A DNA stretch of 64,000 bases from Desulfobacterales bacterium (GTDB lineage: Bacteria > Desulfobacterota > Desulfobacteria > Desulfobacterales > UBA5852), in assembly GCA_963674755.2 (NCBI GenBank), contig CAXXVS010000002.1, forward strand, positions 1,536,001-1,600,000. Direction: 5' to 3'. Made by a program: the position numbers and the translations under genes. Positions 31,674 to 40,881 of this stretch are shown here, in pieces. Within the stretch, counting starts at the first letter, position 1. Every line of letters begins with the position of its first letter. Under the pieces are notes generated by a model. The model was not told the origin of the DNA. It saw only the letters and a list, made by a program, of their open reading frames with translations, and did not search any database.

Positions 31674-31748
31674 TGGGTCAGATATCAACATTTTACGAAC
31701 CAGAAATTATGGCTCGAACTAAATTGTCAAATTATTTGATCTAACACG
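31674..31748 (+). repeat. Family A inverted-repeat element, copy 4
   Basis: GGGTCAGATATCAACATTTTACGAACCAGAAATTATGGCTCGAACTAAATTGTCAAATTATTTGATCTAACAC. Confidence 0.8.
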
Positions 31749-31812
31749 GATTCTTTTTTGAGATACGAAGCGCATTTCTTTTCTATTTTCCGAACTCGAT
31801 ATGGAGTAACAA

Positions 31813-32583
31813 ATGAAATGTTTCATTATCATGCCAATTACCACTCCTGCTGAGTGGGCACATCATTATGGCAACGATCCTGACCACTTCTCAAACGTCA
31901 TAGAGTATCTTTTCATTCCTGCAATTAAAGCGGCAAATATGGAACCTATACCACCTAGTTCCGAAGCCTCCCAGATAATCCATTCTGATATTATTTCAAA
32001 GCTTGCTTCTTCAGAAATGGTTCTCTGTGATATTTCGTCTCTAAATTCAAATGTTTTTTTCGAGCTTGGTGTCCGAACGGCCCTTAATAAGCCCGTCTGT
32101 CTTGTTAAAGATGATGTCACAACTAATATTCCTTTCGACACCATACCAATTCAATATGAAACATATAGAAGTGCTCTGACAGTTATGCATCACGAAAATG
32201 ACCTTAAAAGAATCTCTGATCATTTAATAAGAACTCAAGATAAGAACTCAAATTACAACGCAATGTGGAAGGCGTTCGGGATTTCACAGACCGCATCTCC
32301 GCCAGAACCAAGCTCGATTGAGGAAAAACTTGACTTCTTAATTCAACGATCAGATCCTAATTTTGCATTATCTCTCACATGGCTTCGGGAGTTTTCTCCC
32401 AAAGTTGCGACGGTTTTGATAAATGCAGACCTTTATTCACTACGTGAAGTTGCCAACATATCCGAAGAAATGTTTAAAAAGGTAAACGGTATTGGCAACA
32501 TAGAAATCAGTGAGATAAAGCAAGTTCTTGCTAATCATGGACTATCACTAAAATGCCATAAGGCAATGAGGGTCATGTCTTAA
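31813..32583 (+). CDS. Nucleoside 2-deoxyribosyltransferase-like domain fused to an RNA polymerase alpha-CTD-like domain
   Basis: KCFIIMP...CDISSLNSNVFFELGVR...PFD (NDT-like); C-terminal FSPKVATVLINADLYSLREV...VNGIGNIEISEIKQVLANHGLSL. Confidence 0.75.
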   Translation: MKCFIIMPITTPAEWAHHYGNDPDHFSNVIEYLFIPAIKAANMEPIPPSSEASQIIHSDIISKLASSEMVLCDISSLNSNVFFELGVRTALNKPVCLVKDDVTTNIPFDTIPIQYETYRSALTVMHHENDLKRISDHLIRTQDKNSNYNAMWKAFGISQTASPPEPSSIEEKLDFLIQRSDPNFALSLTWLREFSPKVATVLINADLYSLREVANISEEMFKKVNGIGNIEISEIKQVLANHGLSLKCHKAMRVMS

Positions 32584-32640
32584 CACTTAACAAACCAATA
32601 GTTTTCACAGCTAATTTGTCAAATTTTGAGTTCTAAACCC
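32569..32640 (+). repeat. Family A inverted-repeat element, copy 5 (degenerate)
   Basis: GGGTCATGTCTTAACACTTAACAAACCAA...CTAATTTGTCAAATTTTGAGTTCTAAACCC; contains the upstream gene's stop codon. Confidence 0.75.
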
Positions 32641-32671
32641 GGATTCTTTATAATTTATTTTTAATGAGACA

Positions 32672-33670
32672 ATGAGTACTATACATAACGGAAAAGACAA
32701 ATTAACCTTTAGGCGCTTGTTGCTATCTAAAGAATTTTATTTACACGGACTGGAGCATTCACGGTTAAAATCACCTCTTAACAGGATGATTGCTATTCAT
32801 AATTTTCATAATTCCCTTGAAATTGTTTTGAGATCAATATTCTTATATCACGAAATACGTCCGGAAAAGCAGCTAAATATCGACTTTGAATCTATGTTAA
32901 ATGCGATTGATTCTTTTCAATCATTCAAAGAGAATAATGTCAAGCTCCCATACCGACAAGAATTAAGGAGTTTGAATCAAATACGAAATATGGTTCAACA
33001 TCAAGCAGTTGAGCCGGAAGAATCTACTCTTGATGATTGGAGAGTTTTTACTATTAGATTTTTAAGAGAAGCCTTCGATACTTACTTTAGTATCAATTTT
33101 GACGAAGTAACATCAATCCATTTTATACACAATAAAGATTTAAAGAACCTCTTATTAACTGGTAATAAACTTAATAATATAAATAAATATCTCGACTCGG
33201 TAGTTGCTGCTAAATTGGCTTTTATCTACGCATCTTATGCAATCAGTAATTTTTTACCATCTGATGGACTTAATTCTGATTTTTTTGTAATTTCTAGTAT
33301 CTCCTCTATTACGCGTAATATTGATACGATACTTTCACATAAAATAGAAAATGTAATACGTAAAATCTATGATAAAATTGGTGATACCAAACTTTATTCA
33401 TCAATAATATCAAGTGGTGTATCTTTAGCCGACTATAAGCAATATGAGATGCTTACACCATCTATCATCTTAACCTTAGATGGTGGTTACGTTGTACAAA
33501 CAATGAATATGCCAAATCCTGATTTCGAGTCTTCCTCATGGATTTTAAATTTCGTAGAACAATCAATAATTAAATGGCAACTCTCTGGTATCGATCTTAA
33601 TTTAAATGAACGATTAGCATACTCATGCAAAAAATCTAATGAAAATCTTTCTGCTAATATCCCTGTATAA
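32672..33670 (+). CDS. HEPN-like domain protein
   Basis: AIHNFHNSLEIVLR and RNMVQH (RxxxxH) motif. Confidence 0.72.
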   Translation: MSTIHNGKDKLTFRRLLLSKEFYLHGLEHSRLKSPLNRMIAIHNFHNSLEIVLRSIFLYHEIRPEKQLNIDFESMLNAIDSFQSFKENNVKLPYRQELRSLNQIRNMVQHQAVEPEESTLDDWRVFTIRFLREAFDTYFSINFDEVTSIHFIHNKDLKNLLLTGNKLNNINKYLDSVVAAKLAFIYASYAISNFLPSDGLNSDFFVISSISSITRNIDTILSHKIENVIRKIYDKIGDTKLYSSIISSGVSLADYKQYEMLTPSIILTLDGGYVVQTMNMPNPDFESSSWILNFVEQSIIKWQLSGIDLNLNERLAYSCKKSNENLSANIPV

Positions 33671-33684
33671 TGCGGAATACTATT

Positions 33685-33730
33685 GGGGTCGCATCTTAAT
33701 TATTTACTATTGACATCTATCCTATATCAG
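33685..33730 (+). repeat. Family B element, left arm only
   Basis: GGGGTCGCATCTTAATTATTTACTATTGACATCTATCCTATATCAG, then similarity stops. Confidence 0.85.
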
Positions 33731-33838
33731 CTCGCAATAACTATCTAATCCAGTAGATGAAAACCGATTTAGCACACCGGAAAAGAGTCACTTATGCAAC
33801 AAAACAACAGCGCATGTGGCGCCTTGTAGAGGGACCCC

Positions 33839-34180
33839 ATGCTCCGAACCGAAAGCATTACCACTAGAACCACGGATGGCACGGAAGTGGAAATCCGTGG
33901 GAAAATCGCATGGCCGAAGAATCAAGAGCGCCTGCCGCAAGGCTGTTATATCCGAGTCTATTTCAATGATGAAACTGGAAACCGCATCGAGACCACCCCG
34001 AGCTACTACGGAACTCTCCGTGGCAAAACCGGATTGGTTACCTCTGGGCTTATTGAACGGTATATCCTGGAAATCCCGAAAGCAGATTATGAAGATTTCG
34101 AAAAGCGTTGCCTTGATATCTTTTGGGAAGGCATGGGAAAAAACTTTGGAAGGCCAAGGCCCAAGTGGTTAGATAGCTGA
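33839..34180 (+). CDS. Hypothetical protein
   Basis: 113-aa ORF with GAGGG RBS. Confidence 0.6.
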   Translation: MLRTESITTRTTDGTEVEIRGKIAWPKNQERLPQGCYIRVYFNDETGNRIETTPSYYGTLRGKTGLVTSGLIERYILEIPKADYEDFEKRCLDIFWEGMGKNFGRPRPKWLDS

Positions 34181-34228
34181 AAAGGGTCATATATACTTGG
34201 CATTTCCCCATATGGATAGTATTGACAT

Positions 34229-34435
34229 ATGAAAATAAAAGTAGCCCAGGCAAGCGATCGAATTGTAATCAAGCTGGAAAACGGCCGAAATATCGAATTC
34301 TCTTTTACCGCCGCGGAAGACCAGGACACGCCCAGCCTTTGTCGCATATCCACCGATGGCCGAGAAAATACAAGACACGAAACCCACCAATCCGGCAAGT
34401 TGGAGTTTTGGGAATTCAGTTTCCCTGAGAAATAA
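34229..34435 (+). CDS. Small hypothetical protein
   Basis: 68-aa ORF in the same orientation as its neighbours. Confidence 0.45.
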   Translation: MKIKVAQASDRIVIKLENGRNIEFSFTAAEDQDTPSLCRISTDGRENTRHETHQSGKLEFWEFSFPEK

Positions 34436-34465
34436 TAGAAAGAATTGATGAAGGGGCTCTGAGAG

Positions 34466-36442
34466 TTGGAAGAACAAAAATCAAAGCTGGAGAAAGTTGG
34501 TGATGCCTTTCTGGACCGTGAGACGTTTTTCCGCACTCTAATCGAGACCATACCGGACCTTGTTTGGTTGAAAGATCCAGATGGTGTTTTCCTTGCGTGC
34601 AATCGAAGATTTGAACGCTTTTATGGTGCAAAGGAAAAGGATATTTTCGGAAAAACGGACTATGATTTTGTGAGCAAGGAGCAAGCTGACTTTTTCCGTA
34701 AAAATGACTTGGATGCCATCACAAACGGAAAGCCAACGGTAAACGAAGAAGCCGTCACCTACATCAGTGACGGCCATGAGGAATTGCTCGAAACCATTAA
34801 AACACCAATGTACGATTCCCTAGGCAACCTAATTGGCGTGTTGGGTATTGCCCGGGATATAACGGAACGCAAGCGCATCGAAAGAGATCTTCGATTGAGC
34901 GAGGAGCGTCTAAGATTAACGCTGGAGGTCGCCAATATCGGAATCTGGGATTGGGACATTGCCAATGATACGTGGCACGCTTCCCCGATATATTACACCA
35001 TGCTCGGCTATGAACCCGTTTCCGGTCCCTCGGATAGGGAAATATGGCTAAAGCGGGTTCACCCTGAAGACAGGGAAGCCGTTCGAGCAAAAATAAGCAG
35101 TATTCTCAATTTTGAAACCAACGAATATCACTACGAGGCACGCATGAAGCACGCCGACGGCACCTACCGCTGGCATTATGTCATCGGATATGTGCTTGAA
35201 AGGGATAAGGATAACAGGCCGATTCATTTAATCGGGCTTCGGATTGACATCAACGACCGTATCAAAGCGCAAGCCGACAAAGAAAGGCTCCAGACCCAGT
35301 TGACACAGGCCCAGAAAATGGAAGCCATCGGCCGGCTGGCCGGCGGTGTTGCCCATGACTTCAATAACATGTTGGGCGTAATTCTGGGGCAGACAGAGTT
35401 GCAGCTGGATCAAATTGATCCAGCCCAGCCAGTCTTCACAGCCCTGCAGGACATCAGAAAAGCCGCAGAGAAATCAGCCAATCTGACTCGGCAACTGCTG
35501 GCTTTTGCTCGTAAGCAAGCCATTTCCCCAAAGGTGCTTAACTTGAATGACGTGGTTGAGAGCATGATCAAGATGTTGCACCGAATCATTGGCGAGGATA
35601 TCCATCTTGTCTGGTCTCCAGGGAAAACCACGTGGCCGGTCAAGATCGACTCCAGCCAAATTGATCAGATTTTAGCCAACCTATGCGTAAATGCCCGGGA
35701 CAGTATCTCGGGTGTCGGAAAAATCGTCATCGAAACAAGAAACCGCACTTTCGACACGGATTACTGTAACCGGCATCCGGAATTTATACCCGGAGACTAT
35801 GTGATGATGGCCATTAGCGATAGCGGTTGCGGCATGGATCAGGAAATTCTCAATAACATCTTCGAGCCTTTTTTTACGACGAAGGGAGAAGAGAAAGGGA
35901 CCGGCTTAGGTCTTGCCACGGTATATGGCATCATCAAACAAAACAATGGATTTATCAATGTATACAGCGAGCCGCAGCACGGATCGACATTCAAGATTTA
36001 TTTACCACGGCACAGGGACAAGGCCGATGAGCCTGTAAAAACAATTGAGGCATCACCGATAGCGCGCGGTTCCGAGACTGTTCTTGTGGTGGAGGACAAT
36101 GCTCAGCTTCTAACCCTAACCCAGTCAATTTTGGAAAGACAGGGATATACCGTGTTGACTGCAACCTCGCCTGCCGGGGCCTTGCGGTTGGTGGATGAGT
36201 TTGCCGGCCCCATCGATTTGCTTATTACCGATGTGATAATGCCGGAGATGAATGGTCGTGATCTGGCAAAAAAGATAAGATCGCAGCGTTCTGGCGTAAA
36301 ACTGCTCTATATGTCTGGTTACACGGCAGATGCCATTTCTATTAATGGCGTGGTAGACAAGGGCGTCAATTTCATTCAGAAGCCCTTTTCAATAGGGGAA
36401 CTGGCTCGTAAAGTAAGGGATAGTATTGGGGTCGCATCTTAA
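34466..36442 (+). CDS. Cytoplasmic PAS-PAS hybrid histidine kinase
   Basis: PAS domains, AGGVAHDFNN, GTGLGL, REC; TAA stop lies inside the family B repeat. Confidence 0.92.
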   Translation: MEEQKSKLEKVGDAFLDRETFFRTLIETIPDLVWLKDPDGVFLACNRRFERFYGAKEKDIFGKTDYDFVSKEQADFFRKNDLDAITNGKPTVNEEAVTYISDGHEELLETIKTPMYDSLGNLIGVLGIARDITERKRIERDLRLSEERLRLTLEVANIGIWDWDIANDTWHASPIYYTMLGYEPVSGPSDREIWLKRVHPEDREAVRAKISSILNFETNEYHYEARMKHADGTYRWHYVIGYVLERDKDNRPIHLIGLRIDINDRIKAQADKERLQTQLTQAQKMEAIGRLAGGVAHDFNNMLGVILGQTELQLDQIDPAQPVFTALQDIRKAAEKSANLTRQLLAFARKQAISPKVLNLNDVVESMIKMLHRIIGEDIHLVWSPGKTTWPVKIDSSQIDQILANLCVNARDSISGVGKIVIETRNRTFDTDYCNRHPEFIPGDYVMMAISDSGCGMDQEILNNIFEPFFTTKGEEKGTGLGLATVYGIIKQNNGFINVYSEPQHGSTFKIYLPRHRDKADEPVKTIEASPIARGSETVLVVEDNAQLLTLTQSILERQGYTVLTATSPAGALRLVDEFAGPIDLLITDVIMPEMNGRDLAKKIRSQRSGVKLLYMSGYTADAISINGVVDKGVNFIQKPFSIGELARKVRDSIGVAS

Positions 36443-36552
36443 TTATTTACTATTGTAATCTGCCCTATATCAGTTCTCTATACCGACCGACGATTCCGAA
36501 ATAGCGTGAGGCAACTATAACATCGTATAATTAATAATTAAGATGCGACCCT
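36428..36552 (+). repeat. Family B inverted-repeat element (complete)
   Basis: GGGGTCGCATCTTAATTATT...AATAATTAAGATGCGACCC. Confidence 0.9.
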
Positions 36553-37056
36553 TTTTGTCTCCCCAGCCTGACGCTTTAAAGCATTTGGGTTGCTATTAGT
36601 CGCATATTTTGTTAGGTCATCAGGCATACGTTCTCTATGAAGCCGGCCCCCCACCCTCTGGCCGCAATGGCTTAAAACATCTTGCTCCTGCTGTGCAACC
36701 CTGCTGCAAATCTGGACGTCTTTCCCGGGTCCTGAACTTATACTTCGAAAGCAAAAAGAACGCTTCACCTGCCGTTTAGCTTCCGGCACAAGTGCGACAC
36801 CTTCAAGTTCCCGTAGATAATTCCGGCTAAAACGCCCGACGAACTATCCATTCAGCGCTCGTTCTCCATGAAGCTAAAAGCGAGCGTTGGCACATAGCGA
36901 CAGGTTAGATCGTGTCCATCCCGAACGGGCACCTTTTGACCCGGTCCACAGCGCTCTCACTCTTTTGAAATTTTCGCCATAGCTCACCAGGCGACGCTTG
37001 TCAATGGGAATGAAAATTGTACCATTTTCGGGAAACGAAAAGTGTACCACTCCCGC

Positions 37057-37845
37057 TCAGTTAAGGGTTTCGGTTAATGCAGCCGGTGTAGCCGGCGCGG
37101 TGTTAAATTCGTTCTTTGACAAAGTGTGCTTTCTGAGCCGGTAGCTGTGGCCCTTGATGTTGACCACCCGACAGTGGTGGAGCAGCCGGTCGAGAATCGC
37201 GGTGGCGATGACCTGATCGCCGAACAGCTCCTGCCAGTCCCCGAAGCTCTTGTTGGAGGTGATGATGGTGGAGCTTCGTTCGTAGCGGTAGCTGATGAAC
37301 TGGAAGAACAGGTAGGCTTCCTTGCTGTCGATGGGCAGATAGCCCACCTCATCGACCACCACCAGACTGGAGGTCAGATAGGCCTTGTGCCGGGACTGGG
37401 ACTGCTCCTTAAGTTTTCGCATCAGGGCGTCCATGGTCATGAAATAGACCTTGAAGCCGTGATGACAGGCCTTGGTGGCCAATGCGATCGCCAGATGGGT
37501 TTTGCCCACCCCCGGAGGCCCCAGGAAGATCACGTTCTCGTGCTTGGGGATGAAGTCCAGATCGAAGAGCGCCATGACGTCTTTCTTATTGAGATCCGGG
37601 TGGAACGAGAAGTCGTAGGCATCGATGGTTTTGGCCGCCGGAAGGCCCGCGGTCTTCATGGCGGTCTCCACCCGCCGCTTTTCCTTGGCGCCGACTTCCT
37701 CCTCCAGCAGGTGATCCAGGAAAGCCATATATGAGCTCTTGTCGGTTTCGGCCTGCAAAAGGACAGTGTCGAGCACGGCGGCAGCCTGGGTGAGCTTTAG
37801 CCGCTGAAGATTGTCCCGAAGGCGGTCTGTAATCAGTTGGTCCAT
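37057..37845 (-). CDS. istB: IS21 helper ATPase IstB
   Basis: GPPGVGKT, VDEVGY, TSNKSFGDW, AILDRLLHH. Confidence 0.96.
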   Translation of the reverse strand: MDQLITDRLRDNLQRLKLTQAAAVLDTVLLQAETDKSSYMAFLDHLLEEEVGAKEKRRVETAMKTAGLPAAKTIDAYDFSFHPDLNKKDVMALFDLDFIPKHENVIFLGPPGVGKTHLAIALATKACHHGFKVYFMTMDALMRKLKEQSQSRHKAYLTSSLVVVDEVGYLPIDSKEAYLFFQFISYRYERSSTIITSNKSFGDWQELFGDQVIATAILDRLLHHCRVVNIKGHSYRLRKHTLSKNEFNTAPATPAALTETLN

Positions 37846-39110
37846 ACCCCACCTCCTTTCTGGGCCGCCTGTTCGTAGACGGACAGCGGCCTGTAGAGCA
37901 CTTGGGGAAACAGGCTGCCGTTGACCAGACCCCGCGTGGCCTTGCCCTTGCGGCGGCCGTAGGGTGGTGTCTTCGGCGGCTGTTCGCGGCGCAGCTTGAG
38001 GATCTCCTCGATGATGGCCGGATCGGTGATCATCCGCCCCTTCTCCGGGCTCTCGGTGTGGGTGATCAGCAGCCGGTCGTCGTCGTAAATGCGGATGACG
38101 CCGTCCTTGATCCTCAGCAGCACTTTTTTGCCGACCGCTTCCGGCGGCACCTGGTAACGGCTGGCGTCGTAGGAGATCAGGCAGTCTTTGTAGACCTTCC
38201 GGTAGACCTTGATGGCGGTGTCGTAGTCTCTGGGCACCGGGCCAAGGCTGCGGACCTCCTGCTGCCAGCGCATGTCGACGAGCTGCCGGTGAGTACGGTG
38301 CTGGCGCCGGTTGGCGGTCTCCGAGATCCAGTGGAGCAGATCCGCATTGGCCTGGTCGATGCTCTCAAACACATAGCCGCGCCAGAAAGCTTCCCGGATG
38401 TAGTCGATGGGGCGTTCCACCTTGCCTTTGGTCCAGGGGCTATAGGGGGCGCACAGCACCGGCTTGAAGCCGCAGTGGTCGGCAAAATCGGTGAACTCGA
38501 CATTGATGCGCGCTCGCCCATCGGCGCGGCCGGCGAACACATGGCGCATGTTGTCATAGAGCAGTTCGAAAGGCACGCCCCCGAGATACTTGAAGGCCCG
38601 CAAGTGGGCGTCCATAAACGCCGCCAGAGTGCAGCGGGTGACGAACTCGGCGTACATGGCCCGGGAAAATCCGAGAACCAGCAGGAACAGATGCACGGTG
38701 ATGTCGGCGACACCGGCAGCGGCGATCTTAAAGTCGGCCCAGTCCACCTGGCCTTGCAGACCGGGAACCGTCTCGAATCGCAGGAAGGCCTGACGACGAT
38801 TGCGGGCTTTGACGGCCCGCACATAGGTTTTGACCGTGTCGTAGCCGCCGGAATAGCCGAGGTCTTTGATTTTCTGAAAGATCCATGTACCGCGGTAATT
38901 GTCCTGCTGGAGCCAGTCGTCGATCATCTGGTGGTAGGGGGAAAGGATCGATTCCTTGCGCTTGCGTTTACAGTATCGGGGCATGGTGGGATCTGCCAGG
39001 TACTTGGTGACGGTGTTGCGGTGAATGCCAAGCTTCCTGGCAATGGCGCGCATCGTGAAGCCTTGGCGGTGATAGGAATGAATGTCCATGAATGCCTCCC
39101 TGGTGATCAT
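37833..39110 (-). CDS. istA: IS21 transposase IstA
   Basis: N-terminal HTH, RFETVPGLQGQVDW, YDNM, KGKVER. Confidence 0.96.
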   Translation of the reverse strand: MITREAFMDIHSYHRQGFTMRAIARKLGIHRNTVTKYLADPTMPRYCKRKRKESILSPYHQMIDDWLQQDNYRGTWIFQKIKDLGYSGGYDTVKTYVRAVKARNRRQAFLRFETVPGLQGQVDWADFKIAAAGVADITVHLFLLVLGFSRAMYAEFVTRCTLAAFMDAHLRAFKYLGGVPFELLYDNMRHVFAGRADGRARINVEFTDFADHCGFKPVLCAPYSPWTKGKVERPIDYIREAFWRGYVFESIDQANADLLHWISETANRRQHRTHRQLVDMRWQQEVRSLGPVPRDYDTAIKVYRKVYKDCLISYDASRYQVPPEAVGKKVLLRIKDGVIRIYDDDRLLITHTESPEKGRMITDPAIIEEILKLRREQPPKTPPYGRRKGKATRGLVNGSLFPQVLYRPLSVYEQAAQKGGGVWTN

Positions 39111-39379
39111 GGCGGCGCCCTCCTTTAGCAGAGGGTCTTACCACCAATTACACCACCGGGGTGGTACACTTTTCATTCCCATTTTTGGTACACTTTAGCA
39201 TTCCCGCCGACAACGCTGTCGCTCATAGCGCTGCACCGTCGATTTCAAAAACGTTGCGGCCTTGGCCTGAACCAAAGTCTGCAACAGCCGGATGGACACG
39301 AGATAAGGACGACCAACGTTTGGGACTTCGTATGGTCAGATACGAAGCGGATTTTTTTAACACCAGAGGGAGGATAATC

Positions 39380-40534
39380 ATGAGCAAAACTTTGATTTTC
39401 TGCGCTGACGGTACTTGGAACGGACCCGACCAGGATGACGACAACGATGGGGCCCCGGACTTCACCAACGTCTACAAGTTGTTTCTTGGCCTGGAGGGCG
39501 AGCTGAGCCCGGAGACGATTTGTAGTGCCGATGAACAGGAGAAATTTCTGAAGAAAGGGACCCCGTTGGTCCAGGTGGCGAAATACATCCATGGTGTTGG
39601 CGATTCCCGCAACCCCATCCGCAAACTTCTGGGTGGCGCTTTCGGCGCCGGAACCATTGCCCGAATTGTGCGGAGCTACACCTTCTTTTCCCGTCATTAC
39701 ACACCCGGGGATGCCATCGTACTGACCGGTTTCAGTCGAGGGGCATATACGGCACGGGCTTTGGCGGGGCTGATCGCCAGCGAAGGGCTGCTCGCCAAAG
39801 CACGAACCAGGGATAAGGAAGCCGCCTACCGCTGGGGCGCCAAGGCCTGGTATCGATATCGCAGCAAAGCCAGGGGCGCCAAAAAGCCGCGCTTTCTGAA
39901 ACGCTTTGCTGAGGCTATGGCGGACCTGCCGGCATTTGTTTCGGCCGATGATCTGAAGGACAGGGATCTGGTTCCCGTGCAAACCATCAAAGCCGTGGCG
40001 GTGTGGGACACGGTGGGTGCCCTCGGACTGCCCACCTATGAAAACGATGCCCGGGTGGATGCTTTCCGGTTTGCCGACAATCGTTTGAGCAGCAAGGTGG
40101 AATGGGGGTTTCATGCACTCTCTCTTGACGAGCAGCGGGTGGATTTCCTCCCTACGGTGTGGGCAAACCGGAGAAACGTGGTGCAGGTGCTGTTCCCGGG
40201 AGCACACGCCGATGTAGGAGGCGGCTATACCACCGGAGACGGTGAAAGCGGTCTGTCCAACGGGGCCCTGCTGTGGATGGTGGATCAGTTGAAAGGCGTT
40301 GAGGTGCAAACTGCGGATAGCATTGCCGCTTCAAACAAGGCCGACGCCGGGGGTGTCGCCCACCAGCCCTGGCGGCATAAGCCGTTTGATTTGCCAGGTA
40401 AAGCCCACCCCCGGAATTTTGCCGGTATGGCCGTTAAGGAACACACCTCCATTGCCCAGCGTATGGCCTTGCCAAGCGTCGTGGCGGAACCGGGAGATCC
40501 TCCCGGCAAGTACAGGCCGACGAACCGGCCCTGA
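39380..40534 (+). CDS. DUF2235 / Tle1-like alpha/beta hydrolase
   Basis: CADGTWN, GFSRGAYTAR, WDTVGALG, FPGAHADVGGG; GGAGG RBS before ATG 39380. Confidence 0.92.
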   Translation: MSKTLIFCADGTWNGPDQDDDNDGAPDFTNVYKLFLGLEGELSPETICSADEQEKFLKKGTPLVQVAKYIHGVGDSRNPIRKLLGGAFGAGTIARIVRSYTFFSRHYTPGDAIVLTGFSRGAYTARALAGLIASEGLLAKARTRDKEAAYRWGAKAWYRYRSKARGAKKPRFLKRFAEAMADLPAFVSADDLKDRDLVPVQTIKAVAVWDTVGALGLPTYENDARVDAFRFADNRLSSKVEWGFHALSLDEQRVDFLPTVWANRRNVVQVLFPGAHADVGGGYTTGDGESGLSNGALLWMVDQLKGVEVQTADSIAASNKADAGGVAHQPWRHKPFDLPGKAHPRNFAGMAVKEHTSIAQRMALPSVVAEPGDPPGKYRPTNRP

Positions 40535-40632
40535 ACCACTGACGCCCCATGTTTAGAACATAAACCAACCGGGGGTGAAGTCTGCCAAACCATAGCCGTA
40601 CGATTGGAGGACAAAGCATATGATAGCGGTCG

Positions 40633-40878
40633 ATGGGGATTTTATTCCATCAGAAGGCCAGAACAGCGCTTGCCAAACGGGAAGGTCCCAGAGTCGCCCT
40701 CGATGAAGGCGGCCATACCATCGTGCTACGCCGGGGCTCCTTTGGGGAAGCCGTCGCGGAACTGCAGGAATTGCTGCGCGCCAAAGGTTTCGACCTGGCC
40801 ATCGACAGCGATTTCGGTCCTGCCACGGAACTGGCCGTCTTGCTGTTCCAGAAAAATAGCGGCCTTGTCGGGTGGTAG
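40633..40878 (+). pseudogene. Peptidoglycan-binding domain fragment
   Basis: LRRGSFGEAVAELQELL...DSDFGPATELAVLLFQ; ends 3 nt before a family B arm. Confidence 0.6.
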
Positions 40879-40881
40879 TAT

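Larger units (their letters stand above)
36999..39212 (-). mobile_element. IS21-family insertion sequence (complete)
   Basis: TG...CA ends, repeated GGGAATGAAAA(G/T)TGTACCA terminal motifs, 5-bp direct repeat ACGCT at 36994-36998 and 39213-39217, istA-istB pair. Confidence 0.95.
36910..39301 (+). repeat. ~173-bp MITE/REP-like element interrupted by IS21
   Basis: Terminal IRs TCGTGTCCATCC and GGATGGACACGA. The rejoined sequence aligns with the reverse complement of 24728-24897. Confidence 0.75.

Noticed and set aside
26655..36552. CRISPR array interpretation of the recurring palindromes
   Set aside because: The repeats are 74-130 bp, degenerate and separated by whole genes; there are no short spacers and no cas genes.
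36553..36909. RAYT/transposase remnant next to the family B element
   Set aside because: The frames I could read show no HUH or other transposase motif.
39161..39379. N-terminal extension of the DUF2235 ORF
   Set aside because: It runs through the IS21 end and the MITE; the real start is ATG 39380 with a GGAGG RBS.
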